Shown here: one piece after another, positions 38,644 through 49,254 of the stretch | How positions within the stretch are numbered: the stretch's first letter is position 1 | How the letters are laid out: each line of letters begins with the position of its first letter | Origin: Lysobacteraceae bacterium | GTDB lineage: Bacteria; Pseudomonadota; Gammaproteobacteria; Xanthomonadales; Xanthomonadaceae | Direction: 5' to 3' | DNA length: 63,909 nucleotides | NCBI GenBank assembly: GCA_031418815.1 | Contig: JANOJQ010000114.1 | Location: forward strand, 1-63,909 | Translations under genes and position numbers: made by a program | The notes under the pieces: generated by a model | Seen by the model: the letters and a program-made list of their open reading frames with translations, nothing else | What the model was told of the DNA's origin: nothing | The model's database searches: none

Positions 38644-40059
38644 ATGTCGTTGGACCCAATCTGGCCCCTGCTCAAGCCCGCGCTGGTCGCCGCATGGGTC
38701 GTTTACCTGGTGGTGCTGGCGGGCTGGATCGTGCTGCAGAAGCGCGAGCCCATTGCCACGCTCAGCTGGCTGCTTTCGCTGGCGCTGCTGCCGGGGCTGG
38801 GGCTGTTCATCTATCACTTCCTGGGCCCGCAGCGGATCCGGCGCCAGCGGCTTCGGAGAGCGCGTTCGCGGGCCAGCCTTGACGACACGCTGCCGGCCGG
38901 GATCGAGGCGAACGACGACTCCACCACGGTCGCCCGGCTCGGTCGCTCGGCCACGGGCTACGCGCCCAGCACCGCCTCGAGCATCGAACTGCTGGTGGGC
39001 GGCGGCGCCACCTACGATGCGCTGCTGGTGGCCATCGCCGGGGCAAGCCACCACCTGCACGTGGAGTACTACATCTTCGAGCCCGACCGCACCGGAACCC
39101 TGGTGCGCGATGCCCTGGTGGCCGCGGCCGGGCGCGGCGTGCGGGTGCGGCTGCTGCTGGACGCGATCGGTTCGAGCCGGCTCGGGCGTGCATTCCTGGC
39201 GCCGCTGGAAGCGGCGGGCGTCGAGGTCGCCTGGTTCCACCCGGTGCGCCTGCGCTGGCTCTGGCGGCCGCGGATGAACCTTCGCAACCACCGCAAGGTG
39301 GTGGTGGTGGACGGGCTGGTCGGCTTCACGGGCGGCATCAACGTCACCGACGAGGAAAACGAGCAGCTGCGCAGCGACGCCTTCCATGACCTGCACCTGC
39401 GGCTCGAGGGCGAAGTGGTGCGCTGGCTGCAGCTGGCCTTCCTGGAGGACTGGCACTACGCCACCGGCATTGCGCTGCGCGATCTCAGGCTTTGGCCCGA
39501 CATCGCGCCCGGCGACGTGTTGGCCCAAGTGCTGCCGGCGGGCCCGGATTCGCCCTGGGAAGCCATCCACCGGGTGCAGGTCGAGGCCATCCACCAGGCC
39601 AATCGCCGGGTCTGGCTGGTGACGCCCTACTTCGTGCCGGGCGAGGCGGCGCGCATGGCGCTGACGTCGGCGGCCCTGCGCGGCCTCGACGTCCGGGTGA
39701 TGGTGCCGGCGCGGTCGGACTCGGTGATCGTGTCGGCCGCCGCGCGCTCCTATTACGACGACCTGTTGGCGGCGGGCGTGCGGGTGTTCGAGTACGGGCC
39801 GCGCATGCTGCACAGCAAGGCCCTGCTGGTGGACGCAGACCTGTGCCTGTTCGGCAGCGCCAACTTCGACCACCGCAGTTTCCGGCTCAATTTCGAGCTG
39901 AGCCTGCTGGTGAACGGCCGCGGGCTGGCTTCGACGCTGGAAGCGGTCCTGCTCGAAGACCTGCGCCAGTGCCGGGAAGTGAAGTCCGACCGACCGGCGG
40001 CGCCATTCGCCCGCCGGTTGGGCGAGGCCTGCGCCCGCCTGCTGTCGCCCTTGCTCTAG
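38644..40059 (+). CDS. cls: cardiolipin synthase
   Basis: Two N-terminal TM segments; two HKD motifs (NHRKVVVVDG, LHSKALLVD); GSANFD.RSF.LNFE. Confidence 0.95.
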   Translation: MSLDPIWPLLKPALVAAWVVYLVVLAGWIVLQKREPIATLSWLLSLALLPGLGLFIYHFLGPQRIRRQRLRRARSRASLDDTLPAGIEANDDSTTVARLGRSATGYAPSTASSIELLVGGGATYDALLVAIAGASHHLHVEYYIFEPDRTGTLVRDALVAAAGRGVRVRLLLDAIGSSRLGRAFLAPLEAAGVEVAWFHPVRLRWLWRPRMNLRNHRKVVVVDGLVGFTGGINVTDEENEQLRSDAFHDLHLRLEGEVVRWLQLAFLEDWHYATGIALRDLRLWPDIAPGDVLAQVLPAGPDSPWEAIHRVQVEAIHQANRRVWLVTPYFVPGEAARMALTSAALRGLDVRVMVPARSDSVIVSAAARSYYDDLLAAGVRVFEYGPRMLHSKALLVDADLCLFGSANFDHRSFRLNFELSLLVNGRGLASTLEAVLLEDLRQCREVKSDRPAAPFARRLGEACARLLSPLL

Positions 40060-40125
40060 TCTGTCGGGGCATTGCCGCGGCCGGCCCGGCTTGGGCTAAA
40101 CTCCCGGCAAAACACGAGGTGTCCC

Positions 40126-40404
40126 ATGCACTGGATCTATCTGCTGGCGTCGCTGGCCTGCCTGGGCCTGGCCATGGTCCGCACCATGCCGACCTTCGCC
40201 GTGCTGGTCTTCGTGGCCGGCTCGATGGGCTTCATGGTGGCCTGGATCCTGGGCTGGGTGTCCTCGCGCATCTCCAGCCAGTCGCGCGATGTCAGCTACA
40301 TCATGAGCGGCGAAGAGCTCAAGCGCCTGCGCGAACAGGCCGAAGCCCGCAAGAATTCGCAGGCCGGCCAGGCCACCCCCGGCGACAGCGACCGCGCCGG
40401 CTGA
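40126..40404 (+). CDS. small two-TM membrane protein
   Basis: GAGG SD; MHWIYLLAS...; host-like codon usage. Confidence 0.8.
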   Translation: MHWIYLLASLACLGLAMVRTMPTFAVLVFVAGSMGFMVAWILGWVSSRISSQSRDVSYIMSGEELKRLREQAEARKNSQAGQATPGDSDRAG

Positions 40405-40440
40405 CGCTCCGCCACTTGCCGCAGGCGCCGGGGCCCCGCG

Positions 40441-40593
40441 TCAGCGCGGCGTGCCGCGCCGGCAGGCGTCCGAACAGTAGATCACCTGCGGCCAATCGCG
40501 CTCCCACTTCTTGCGCCACTGGAAGTCGCGGCCGCATACCGGACAGGTTTTCGATGGGCGCGGCGCGCCGGGCTTCCGACGCTCAGCCGGCAT
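40441..40593 (-). CDS. DUF2256 small Zn-ribbon protein
   Basis: [30 protein letters not shown]. Confidence 0.88.
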   Translation of the reverse strand: MPAERRKPGAPRPSKTCPVCGRDFQWRKKWERDWPQVIYCSDACRRGTPR

Positions 40594-43453
40594 CGGCCTC
40601 GACCCGGTTGCGGCCGGCGCGCTTGGCCGCGTACAGCGCGTCGTCGGCACGGCGCAGCAGCGAGTCCGGTTCGGCCTGCACGTCCGGCACGTAGCCGGCC
40701 ACGCCGATGCTGACGGTCATGCCGGCATCGCTGGCGGCGATCGCGGCGCGAATGCTCTCCGCGCGGCGCATTGCCTCGGCCTGGTGCACGCCCGGCAACA
40801 GCAGGGCAAATTCCTCGCCGCCGTAGCGCGCCAGCAGTTCGCGCTGCGGGTCGTGCTGCTGGCTCAGGCGCTGGGCGATGCCGCGCAGCTGCACGTCGCC
40901 TTCGAGGTGGCCGTGGGTGTCGTTGTAGGCCTTGAAATTGTCCACGTCGATCATCAGCACCGACAGCGGCCGGCGTTGGTCCAGGCAGCGGAACCACTCG
41001 CGGCGCATGCCGTTTTCCAACGCGCGGCGGTTCGACACGCCGGTCAGCGCGTCTTCGGTGACCAGTTCGGCCAGCTTGCGGTTGACCTCTTCGAGTTCAC
41101 GCGTGCGCTCGGCGATGCGGGCCTCGAGCCGGCGGTTGGCCGCCAGGAAACGTTCCGTGCGCTGGCGCACCACCCACAGCGTGGCCGCAACCGAAAGGCT
41201 GGCGAAGGCCACCAGCAGCAGCGCCAGTATCCACCACTGTTCGTGCCAGCGTGGCTCAACGCGGAAGTGGTAGCTCATCGAAGGGGCCTGGCGGCCGTTC
41301 AGCGTCCGCGCCTCGACCTCCAGAACGTAGTCTCCGGCGGGCAAGGCGCGCACGAACAAGTCGCGGTCGGTCCAACTGCTCCAGTCCGGCGTCACGCCGT
41401 GCAGCATGTAGCGGAACTCGGCGCCGCTTTCCATGCTGACCATCGAGAAGCGCAGGTTGAGGCTGTAGCCCGGTGGGACCGACACCGGCGTCGTGTCGCT
41501 CTGCGGCGGCAGCCGCAAGACGCTACCCTCGGGGCCGCGCGCCTGCACGCTTTCCATCGACAGCCGCAGCGGCTGCGGCTGCGGCGCGGCCTCCTGCGGA
41601 TTGAACTGCAGGATGCCGTTCCAGGTAGCGATGCGCAGCACGCCGTCGCTGCCGTAGCGCAGGTAGGAATAGCCGGCGGCGCGCTGCTCGCCCGGGTAGA
41701 GCGGCTCCCACTCGCCGCCGTCCTTGGCCCGGTGCCAAAGCTGGCGCGAGGTGTAGGCGTAGTCGCCAAGCGGCGTTTCCTCGACCGAAAGCTCGTACGG
41801 ACGATCCACCAGGGTGAACGGTGGCGCGGCGTCGGCGACGAAACGATCCCCTTCCAGGCGGAACCCGGCGCTGCCGCTGACCGCATGGATGCGTCCATCC
41901 AACTGGTAGACGCGGGTACCCGACAGCGGGTCCACGGCCAGGCCGCGGGCGTCGTCGAAGACTTCGCGTTCGACCACCTTGCCAGCGTCCAGATCGAGCT
42001 GCCAACGCTGAAGCGGACCGCGGGTGTCGCCAAACCACAGCACGCCGGGCGCGGACTCCTCCATGCCGTAAGTGCTGATGCCGTCCAGGGAGATTCTCGA
42101 CTGCAGCTGCCAGCGGCCCTGGATGAGGCGAACCAGCAGCAGCTCGGTCGGGGTCATGGCGTAGGCGAGGCCTGCGACGTGGACCGAGGGGTCGATGGTG
42201 AACACGCCGTTCTGGGGATCATGGAAAAGCGAGCGGGGCACCGTCGTGCCCGGCTCGAGCACCATCAGGCCCTCGCGCAGCCCCACCAGCAGGCCGGCGT
42301 CGGTGGAATACAGCGCCTGGCCTTCGAACTCGGTCCAGGGCAGCAGCGTGTTGGTGAGCTTGCCGTCGGCGGCGGAGGTCATGCGCGAGATGCCGCGGGT
42401 GGACGCGATCCACAGCGCACCCTCATGCCACTCGAAATCAATCGGGCTGCCGAGCACGCCCTGGTCTTCGCCGATGGCGGTCCATGGCGACGGCAGGGAA
42501 ACGCGCACCAGGTCGCCGTCACTGGCGACCCAGAGGCCTCCCTCGCGGTCCAGGCCCATCGCCTGCACGCCGAACGGGCCCAGTTGAACCTGCTCGCGCA
42601 GCTGGAAATCCTTGGTGACCCGGAACAGTTCACCGTCCAGCGTTGCCACCACGAAACTCTCGTCCGCCAGCAGCTGCACGACGTAGTTGCGTTTGCCCTC
42701 GAGCAGCGTGCCGGATTCGCCGGGCAACAGGCGGATGCCGGATTCGTCGCCACGGTAGAAGCCGTCGCGGCTCACCAGCAGGCGCCAGTCGCCACGATCC
42801 ACCATTCCCACCAGCATGCGCTTGGCGAAAATCTCGCCGCCGGGCACCAGAATGAATTTTCCGTCTTCATAGCGGCAAAGGCCGCGGCCTTCGACGCGCG
42901 CATAGAGTTTGCCGCCGGCGGGGAAGAAGCTGCGCACGTCGCCATCGAGCGGCCAGCGGCTGGCTTGGCCGGCCTCGTAGGGCAGGTAGTGCATCGAGTG
43001 CTCGGCGCGGAAGTACACCCCGGTTTCGGTGGCGATGGTTTCCCAGACGACGCCGACGAAGCGCTGGTCGTCGCGGAGACCGGCCCGCGTCAGCAGTTCC
43101 TCGTAGACGAAATTGCCGTCGGCGTCGCGCGCCAGGCGACCAAAGGTGTCGTAGCCACCCACGTACACCAGGCCATCGGTTCCGGTGGCCAGCGAGCGGC
43201 CCGGGGAGCGGCCCGGTAGCGTGATGATTTGCCAGTCAACGCCGTCGTAGCGCAACACGCCCTCGACGTTTCCGACGAACAGTTCGCCATTCACCCCGGT
43301 GGTGATGGCCAGGTGGGTGGGCGTGGCCTTGGTGTCCTCGGCGCTGAAATGCCGAAGCATCGGCTCGCCCGGGATGGCCTTGGCGAACACGGCCACCGGC
43401 AGCAGGCAGGACAACGCCAGCAGGCAGGCTTGGAGCGTATGTTTCAGGCGCAT
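40583..43453 (-). CDS. diguanylate cyclase with periplasmic beta-propeller/Y_Y_Y sensor
   Basis: Signal peptide, propeller repeats (GVLRYDG, GLWVA), FRYMLHG...WS.W (Y_Y_Y), [18 protein letters not shown]. Confidence 0.9.
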   Translation of the reverse strand: MRLKHTLQACLLALSCLLPVAVFAKAIPGEPMLRHFSAEDTKATPTHLAITTGVNGELFVGNVEGVLRYDGVDWQIITLPGRSPGRSLATGTDGLVYVGGYDTFGRLARDADGNFVYEELLTRAGLRDDQRFVGVVWETIATETGVYFRAEHSMHYLPYEAGQASRWPLDGDVRSFFPAGGKLYARVEGRGLCRYEDGKFILVPGGEIFAKRMLVGMVDRGDWRLLVSRDGFYRGDESGIRLLPGESGTLLEGKRNYVVQLLADESFVVATLDGELFRVTKDFQLREQVQLGPFGVQAMGLDREGGLWVASDGDLVRVSLPSPWTAIGEDQGVLGSPIDFEWHEGALWIASTRGISRMTSAADGKLTNTLLPWTEFEGQALYSTDAGLLVGLREGLMVLEPGTTVPRSLFHDPQNGVFTIDPSVHVAGLAYAMTPTELLLVRLIQGRWQLQSRISLDGISTYGMEESAPGVLWFGDTRGPLQRWQLDLDAGKVVEREVFDDARGLAVDPLSGTRVYQLDGRIHAVSGSAGFRLEGDRFVADAAPPFTLVDRPYELSVEETPLGDYAYTSRQLWHRAKDGGEWEPLYPGEQRAAGYSYLRYGSDGVLRIATWNGILQFNPQEAAPQPQPLRLSMESVQARGPEGSVLRLPPQSDTTPVSVPPGYSLNLRFSMVSMESGAEFRYMLHGVTPDWSSWTDRDLFVRALPAGDYVLEVEARTLNGRQAPSMSYHFRVEPRWHEQWWILALLLVAFASLSVAATLWVVRQRTERFLAANRRLEARIAERTRELEEVNRKLAELVTEDALTGVSNRRALENGMRREWFRCLDQRRPLSVLMIDVDNFKAYNDTHGHLEGDVQLRGIAQRLSQQHDPQRELLARYGGEEFALLLPGVHQAEAMRRAESIRAAIAASDAGMTVSIGVAGYVPDVQAEPDSLLRRADDALYAAKRAGRNRVEADAG

Positions 43454-43538
43454 GGTTTCATTATCCACCAAAGCCGATGGGCTGAAACGTGCGCCTGTCG
43501 GGGTTTTCGGCCGCGTCCGCAGCGGTTACGCTGGCGGC

Positions 43539-44297
43539 ATGACCCTGCTCAGCGTCAACGTCAACAAGGTGGCCGTGCTGCGCAACTCGCGCGGCGGGGC
43601 CGAGCCCAGCGTCGTGGCCGCGGCCGAGGCGGCCATCGCCGCCGGCGCCGGCGGCATCACCGTGCATCCCCGGCCCGACCAGCGCCATATCCGTCCCGAC
43701 GACGTGCAGGCGCTGGCCGCGTTGGTGGCCGGACGGGTGGAGTACAACCTCGAGGGCAATCCGTTCGCGCCGCCGCGGCCCGGCTACCCCGGTTTCCTGG
43801 CCATGGTGGCCCAGGTACGGCCGCACCAGGCCACGCTGGTCCCGGACGGGGACGGGCAGCTGACGTCCGACCACGGGTTCAACCTGCGCCGGGACGCCGG
43901 TCGGCTGCGTCCGCTGGTGGCCGAGCTCAGGTCGCTGGGTGTGCGCGTTTCGCTGTTCATGGACGCAGGTGCCGAGGACCTTGGCCTCGCGGCAGCGATG
44001 GGGATCGACCGCATCGAGCTCTACACCGGGCCCTACGCGCAGGCCCACGCGGCGGGCGATGCCAGTGGCGCGCTGGCGCTTTGCGCCGTCACCGCGCGCG
44101 AGGCGCGGCAGCTCGGCCTGGGCGTCAACGCCGGCCATGACCTGAGCCAGGCCAACCTGGGCGATTTCCTGCGTGGCGTGCCGGAGGTGCAAGAGGTCTC
44201 CATTGGCCATGCGCTTTTCAGCGAAGCCCTGCATGCGGGCCTGGCGCCGACGGTGCGCGCTTACTTGGCGATCATCGCCGAGGCGACGGGCCGCTGA
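43539..44297 (+). CDS. pdxJ: pyridoxine 5'-phosphate synthase
   Basis: [48 protein letters not shown]. Confidence 0.96.
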   Translation: MTLLSVNVNKVAVLRNSRGGAEPSVVAAAEAAIAAGAGGITVHPRPDQRHIRPDDVQALAALVAGRVEYNLEGNPFAPPRPGYPGFLAMVAQVRPHQATLVPDGDGQLTSDHGFNLRRDAGRLRPLVAELRSLGVRVSLFMDAGAEDLGLAAAMGIDRIELYTGPYAQAHAAGDASGALALCAVTAREARQLGLGVNAGHDLSQANLGDFLRGVPEVQEVSIGHALFSEALHAGLAPTVRAYLAIIAEATGR

Positions 44298-44333
44298 GGC
44301 GGGGGTGGGGCTCCACCCCTCGCCTGCGACCGA

Positions 44334-44732
44334 TCAGGGTTCGATCAGGCCGATATGCTCGACGCCCGCCCGCCGGGCCGTGGCCATCGCCGTGGCGGCC
44401 GACTGGTAGTCGGCGTCAGGGCTGACCGCCAGCTTCAGGACGCCTTCGGGCTGGGCCTGCTGCCATTCGGCCAGGACCCGCTGCAGGACGGCGGGCGTCA
44501 TCGCCACGCCATCCAGGCGGAACAGGTCACCCGGCTCCACGGTCAGCTCGCGCTCGACGCGCGGCGGCGGCGGCTGGTCGTTGGGTTGCGACAGACCCAT
44601 CCCGATCCGCAGGTCCATCAGCGGCGCCGTGACCATGAAGATCACCAGGAGCACCAGCATCACGTCCACCAGCGGCGTGATGTTGATGTCCGACATCGTG
44701 TCCGAAGCGTCCCGTGGGGCGGTGAAGGCCAT
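44334..44732 (-). CDS. exbD: ExbD/TolR family protein (third, divergent copy)
   Basis: [23 protein letters not shown]. Confidence 0.9.
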   Translation of the reverse strand: MAFTAPRDASDTMSDINITPLVDVMLVLLVIFMVTAPLMDLRIGMGLSQPNDQPPPPRVERELTVEPGDLFRLDGVAMTPAVLQRVLAEWQQAQPEGVLKLAVSPDADYQSAATAMATARRAGVEHIGLIEP

Positions 44733-44797
44733 GGTGCGTCTCCTTTGCGTGAGGGGCACCTTCCTTCTACGCCCGCGCAGCCGGGCACTGCAAGGGG

Positions 44798-45139
44798 TCA
44801 GTCGTGCTTGGGCTGGAAGCTGGTATTGACGTAGGTGAGCGTGATGCCATTGCTGGTGAAGGTGCGCTCGGTACGCATCTCGTTCTCTTCTGCGACGGAG
44901 AGATCGGAGAAGCTGCAGTACGCTTCGGTATCCGCCGGCAAACCATATTGCTGGCGAGCGTAATCCCCAAAGGCCTTGGCCTGTGGGCTTTCATCGACGG
45001 GTGCCTCGCCTTCATATCGGAACGCGTAGGACGAGTAGACGTTGCCGTTGTGGTTGATGTAGCAGACCGCGGCCGCATGCGCGGCATCGGGACCAAACAC
45101 GGAAGCGATGATCATTGCCGCGGCTAACCAGGTCTTCAT
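44798..45139 (-). CDS. orphan secreted protein (113 aa)
   Basis: AAGGA SD, signal peptide ending AHA, two Cys, visibly less GC-biased than its neighbours. Confidence 0.7.
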   Translation of the reverse strand: MKTWLAAAMIIASVFGPDAAHAAAVCYINHNGNVYSSYAFRYEGEAPVDESPQAKAFGDYARQQYGLPADTEAYCSFSDLSVAEENEMRTERTFTSNGITLTYVNTSFQPKHD

Positions 45140-45278
45140 GGCGTTTCCTTGTCGTTGGACGGGGAGTGGCGTGGTGGCAGTGCGGCCAGACTATCTTGGA
45201 TGGCGGCGCTCGCGTGCGGCGGTCAAGCAAGGCGCGCGAGGTTTCGACCGCCATGTCCCGGCAAGCGGGACAACAACC

Positions 45279-45304
45279 AAAAAAAACGCCGCCCGGAGGC
45301 GGCG
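45279..45304 (-). terminator. rho-independent terminator of tonB-exbB-exbD-exbD
   Basis: Minus strand CGCCGCC-TCCG-GGCGGCG followed by T8. Confidence 0.9.
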
Positions 45305-45331
45305 CTGCTGCAGGTTGCGGGAAACCTGGCC

Positions 45332-45745
45332 TTACTGGCCGGGATCCACGAAAGCGATCTTTTGCAGGCCGGAGTTCTTGGCCCGGGACAGGACCTTGGC
45401 CAGCATTTCGTACTGCGCGTCCGGGTCGGTCTCGATTTCCAGGGTCGGCTGGACGGCGCGCTGGGCTTCGACTTCCAGCGACGACTGGAGCACCGAGATC
45501 GGAATCGGCGAGTTGTTCCAGGTGACGGTGCCACCCGCTTCGATCCGCAGGCGGATCGGCTCGGGCGGATCCTTCGGCTGCGGCGGCGGGTTCGTGGTCC
45601 GCTGCGGCAGGTCGACCTGGATCTGGTAGGACAGGGCGGGGGCGGTGACCATGAAGATGATGAGCAGCACCAGCATGACGTCCACCAGGGGCGTCACGTT
45701 GATGTCGGCCATCGGGCCACTGCCGGAGTTGGAGGTGAATGCCAT
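45332..45745 (-). CDS. exbD: biopolymer transport protein ExbD
   Basis: [23 protein letters not shown]. Confidence 0.93.
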   Translation of the reverse strand: MAFTSNSGSGPMADINVTPLVDVMLVLLIIFMVTAPALSYQIQVDLPQRTTNPPPQPKDPPEPIRLRIEAGGTVTWNNSPIPISVLQSSLEVEAQRAVQPTLEIETDPDAQYEMLAKVLSRAKNSGLQKIAFVDPGQ

Positions 45746-45757
45746 GCGGGTATCTCC

Positions 45758-46171
45758 TCAGCGCTCGGGCGTGGACACGAAGCCCACCTTGCGGATGCCG
45801 GCCAGGCGGACCTTCTTCACCACGTCGGCAATGACCGAATACTTCGTGATGTTGTCGGCGCGCACGTCCACCTGCGGCTGCGGCGTGCGCTGGGCCAGGA
45901 CGGCCAGGCGCGCATCGAGCATGTCAGGGTTCACTTCCTCGTCGTTCCAGTAGACCTTGCCGGCCGCCGTCACCGCGAGGGTGATGGGCGGCTGGTCGAT
46001 CTTCGGCTTCTCGGCGAGGGTGGCCTGGGGCAGGTCGACCTTGACCTTGTGCGACATCAGCGGCGCCGTGATCATGAAGATGATCAGCAGCACCAGCATC
46101 ACGTCCACCAGGGGCGTGACGTTGATGTCGGCCATCGGGCCACCACCGGACGAATTGCTTGAAAAGGCCAT
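45758..46171 (-). CDS. exbD: biopolymer transport protein ExbD
   Basis: [27 protein letters not shown]. Confidence 0.93.
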   Translation of the reverse strand: MAFSSNSSGGGPMADINVTPLVDVMLVLLIIFMITAPLMSHKVKVDLPQATLAEKPKIDQPPITLAVTAAGKVYWNDEEVNPDMLDARLAVLAQRTPQPQVDVRADNITKYSVIADVVKKVRLAGIRKVGFVSTPER

Positions 46172-46200
46172 GCCTGCGACTCCTGGTTGGACCTAGTGAC

Positions 46201-46983
46201 TCAGCGCTTGGCCGGCATGTCGCCGACGCGCGAACCGGTCGCGAAGAAGTCGTGCAGGTCGTGCGCGAACGTGTCGAACTTGGCGTAGGTGTTGCGGTTG
46301 GCGCGGTTGAACGCGTTGTACGCAAGCACGGCCGGGATCGCGACGAACAGGCCCAGAGCGGTCATGATCAGTGCCTCGCCGACCGGGCCGGCGACGGCGT
46401 CGATGGACGCCTGGCCGGTGGCGCCGATGCGGATCAGGGCGCCGTAGATGCCCCAGACGGTGCCGAGCAGGCCGACGAAGGGCGCGGTGGCGCCGACGGT
46501 GGCCAGCCAGGTCATGCCGTTCTCGAGCTTGGCGCTCTCGCGGGTCACGGCCTGGCGCAGGGCGCGGTCGATGAACTCCGAGCGGTTCAGGGCGTCGACC
46601 AGGCGGCTGCCCTCATGGCGCTGGTGGTGCGCAGCGGCCTGGGCGCAGTCGAGCGCGATCTTCGAGAAGGGTTCGTTCGACGGCTGCTCTTCCATGAAGC
46701 GGATCGCGTCCTGCGCGTTCGGGGTTTCCCAGAACGTGCGCACGACGGTATCGGCGCGCTTGGCGACGACCGCGTTCTTGATGGCGTTGACGACCGTGTA
46801 CCACCACGAGCCGAACGACATGATGACCAGCATCAGGAAGACGACCCAGGAGACGAAGAAGTCGCCCGGCGAAGCCAGCATCTCATCCATCAGGTGGGAG
46901 AAGCCCATCTTCGACAGGGCTTCGGCGTTGTTGGCAGCGCCGCCAACAGCGGCCGCGGCGGTAAGGAGGATGTCCTGCAGCAT
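46201..46983 (-). CDS. exbB: MotA/TolQ/ExbB proton channel
   Basis: LATVGATAPFVGLLGTVWGI, GEALIMTALGLFVAIPA. Confidence 0.95.
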   Translation of the reverse strand: MLQDILLTAAAAVGGAANNAEALSKMGFSHLMDEMLASPGDFFVSWVVFLMLVIMSFGSWWYTVVNAIKNAVVAKRADTVVRTFWETPNAQDAIRFMEEQPSNEPFSKIALDCAQAAAHHQRHEGSRLVDALNRSEFIDRALRQAVTRESAKLENGMTWLATVGATAPFVGLLGTVWGIYGALIRIGATGQASIDAVAGPVGEALIMTALGLFVAIPAVLAYNAFNRANRNTYAKFDTFAHDLHDFFATGSRVGDMPAKR

Positions 46984-47036
46984 AAGAGTGCCTTTCTTTG
47001 TGATTAACCGTTACGGGAATGTCGGCGGGGCATGGA

Positions 47037-47693
47037 TTACGGGGGGGTGAACTTGACGGGGACGAGGACATCGCCTCCCACCTTGACGCCATTGCGCATG
47101 CCGGCATTGAACTTCCAGCGGCGCGCGGCGTCCATGGCCGCACGGTCAAGGTTGCGGTTGCGGCTCGACTTGTCGACGACCACGGCAAGCACATTGCCGG
47201 CGGCGTCAATGGTGACGCGCAGCATCACGGTGCCGCCCACGCCTTCGCGCAGTTCCTTGGCCGGGTAGCGCGGCTGGTTCAGGGCGCGGCCGCTGATGTC
47301 CTCGGACGGCGTGTAGTCGGACGGCGGGGCCGGCGGCGACGGCGGGGCCGGCGGCGGGGCCTCGATGTCGATCGGGCTGGGGTCGTCGAACACCACCGGC
47401 GGCTCTTCCGGCGGCGGCGGAACCGGCGTCGGCTTGGGCTGCTCGATGATCTTCTGGACCACCTTGGGCGGCTCCGGCGGCGGCGGCGGCGGCGGCGGCG
47501 GGGGCGGCGGCGGCTCGATGAAGCTGACCTGGGTCACTTCGTCGTCCTTGTCCGGCGCATCCGGGGTGGCCACCGGCACCAGCATCAGCATGAAGGCGAT
47601 CGCATGCAGCGCGATGGCAAATGCGTTGCCGCCGATGCGAGCCCAGCTGATGCCCTGGGGTGTGTTGTCGTGGTTGTAATTCTTGTCCGTCAT
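47037..47693 (-). CDS. tonB: energy transducer TonB
   Basis: TM with His, proline-rich linker, PRYP...SSRNRNLDRAA...W.F C-domain. Confidence 0.93.
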   Translation of the reverse strand: MTDKNYNHDNTPQGISWARIGGNAFAIALHAIAFMLMLVPVATPDAPDKDDEVTQVSFIEPPPPPPPPPPPPPEPPKVVQKIIEQPKPTPVPPPPEEPPVVFDDPSPIDIEAPPPAPPSPPAPPSDYTPSEDISGRALNQPRYPAKELREGVGGTVMLRVTIDAAGNVLAVVVDKSSRNRNLDRAAMDAARRWKFNAGMRNGVKVGGDVLVPVKFTPP

Positions 47694-47798
47694 GCGGGTG
47701 GCGGCTCGAGCTCTCTGTCGGTCGGCATTCAGCCGTGACCCGCCGGGGACCGGCGGGAACTTATTAGCTTATACGAAGGTGTCCGGTTTACCAACCGA

Positions 47799-49073
47799 TC
47801 AACGTGAGATCTGGGCAAGGGCTTTCTGGGCCTCGGCCTTCGTGCCGGGGTCCTTGGCAGCTTCACGGTAGGCCGCCTGGGCCGCCGCGAGGTTGTCCGA
47901 ATAGTACTCGGCCCGGGCGATGGCCATCCATGCGGTGCCCGGGCTCTTCAGGCCCTTGGCCAGCGCCTGCTGAGCGGCGGCCTTGGCCTCGGCGTTGCGG
48001 TCTTCCTGGCCCAGGATCTGGGCGAGGAACAGGGCAGCCTCGCCGTCGGTCGCCAGCGGCGCCGACTTCTGCGCGGCGGCGATGGCGGCGGGGATGTTGT
48101 CGCTGAAGTAGTGCGCCTGGGCCAGCAGCGCGTAGTTCTTGCCGTCGGCCGGGACCACGCCCTTGGCCATGCCCTCCTCCAGCACCAGGGCCGCGTCCTT
48201 CTCGCGGTCCATGCCGAAGTACATGCTTACCAGGCGCTGGTAGTCGGCGGCGTCGTTCAGCATGCCCTTCTTGCGCGCCGAGTCGAGCAGGGCCGCTGCC
48301 TTGTCCTGCTGGTCGGCATTGCTGTAGATGCCGGCGAGCATCATCAGGGCGCGCTTGTCGTCCGGGCTCTTGCGCTGCAGCTGCTCGCCCAGGGCGATGG
48401 CGGCCGCGTTGTCCTCGGTTTCGGCGTAGCAGGCCAGCAGCATCTGCAGCCACTGGTCGTCCGGCGCGTCGGGCTTGAGCTCGATCGCGCGCTTGAGGGC
48501 CGGGATGGCTTCGGCGAACTTGTCGTTGTTGTAGAAGCTGGCGCCCTGCAGGCCGTAGACCTGCGCGTTGGTGGTCTTGGTCTCGGCGATCACGCGGGCG
48601 ATCAGCGGGTCGGCCTTGGCATAGTCGCTGGCGTTCACGTGCACCGAGGCCAGGCTCAGCATGGCGGTGTAGTGGTTGTCGTTGGACAGCGCGTTCTCTT
48701 CGATGGCGCGGGTGAGGTAGCTGATGGCGCGGGCATCGTCTTCCAGGCCAATGGCGGCGGTGCCGGCGAGCAGCGCGGCCATGGCGCGGTCGTAGGGCTT
48801 GGCCTTGTCGTTGGCGATGATTTCTTCCGCCGCGGCGATTACCTTCTCTTCCTCGCCGTCGGCCTCGTAGGCCTTCTGCAGGCGCGTGACCGGCTTGGCA
48901 AGGCGCGGCGAGAATTCGCCCTTGGGGTCTTCACGGGTGGCGTCCGGGTACTGGGCTTCGCGCTGCTCCTTCTTGCCGCCGCTGCGGTCGCGCTGCGCCT
49001 GGGCTTCGGGCGCGGCGACGGACAGCGCCAGCAGCATCAGCGAAGCGAGCTTGAGGGAATGGGTTGCCTTCAT
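47799..49073 (-). CDS. secreted tetratricopeptide-repeat protein
   Basis: Signal peptide; tandem TPR-like helical repeats; upstream of tonB. Confidence 0.88.
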   Translation of the reverse strand: MKATHSLKLASLMLLALSVAAPEAQAQRDRSGGKKEQREAQYPDATREDPKGEFSPRLAKPVTRLQKAYEADGEEEKVIAAAEEIIANDKAKPYDRAMAALLAGTAAIGLEDDARAISYLTRAIEENALSNDNHYTAMLSLASVHVNASDYAKADPLIARVIAETKTTNAQVYGLQGASFYNNDKFAEAIPALKRAIELKPDAPDDQWLQMLLACYAETEDNAAAIALGEQLQRKSPDDKRALMMLAGIYSNADQQDKAAALLDSARKKGMLNDAADYQRLVSMYFGMDREKDAALVLEEGMAKGVVPADGKNYALLAQAHYFSDNIPAAIAAAQKSAPLATDGEAALFLAQILGQEDRNAEAKAAAQQALAKGLKSPGTAWMAIARAEYYSDNLAAAQAAYREAAKDPGTKAEAQKALAQISR

Positions 49074-49254
49074 GTCCGAAACTCCTGGAAGCCGCGCTTG
49101 CCGCGGCAGTGGGTCAGCAAGGGTAACGGGGAATGGAGCATTTGCTCAAGTGAGCGGTCATTTCGACCGTTCGCCACCGTATCCATTTCCTGTCCGGAGC
49201 TTGACGGGTTGCCTGCCTGCCGTTCTTAAAAGCGCGTGAATCCGTGCGACGCGT

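Noticed and set aside
47475-47515. GGC trinucleotide run
   Set aside because: It encodes the ordinary TonB poly-proline linker.
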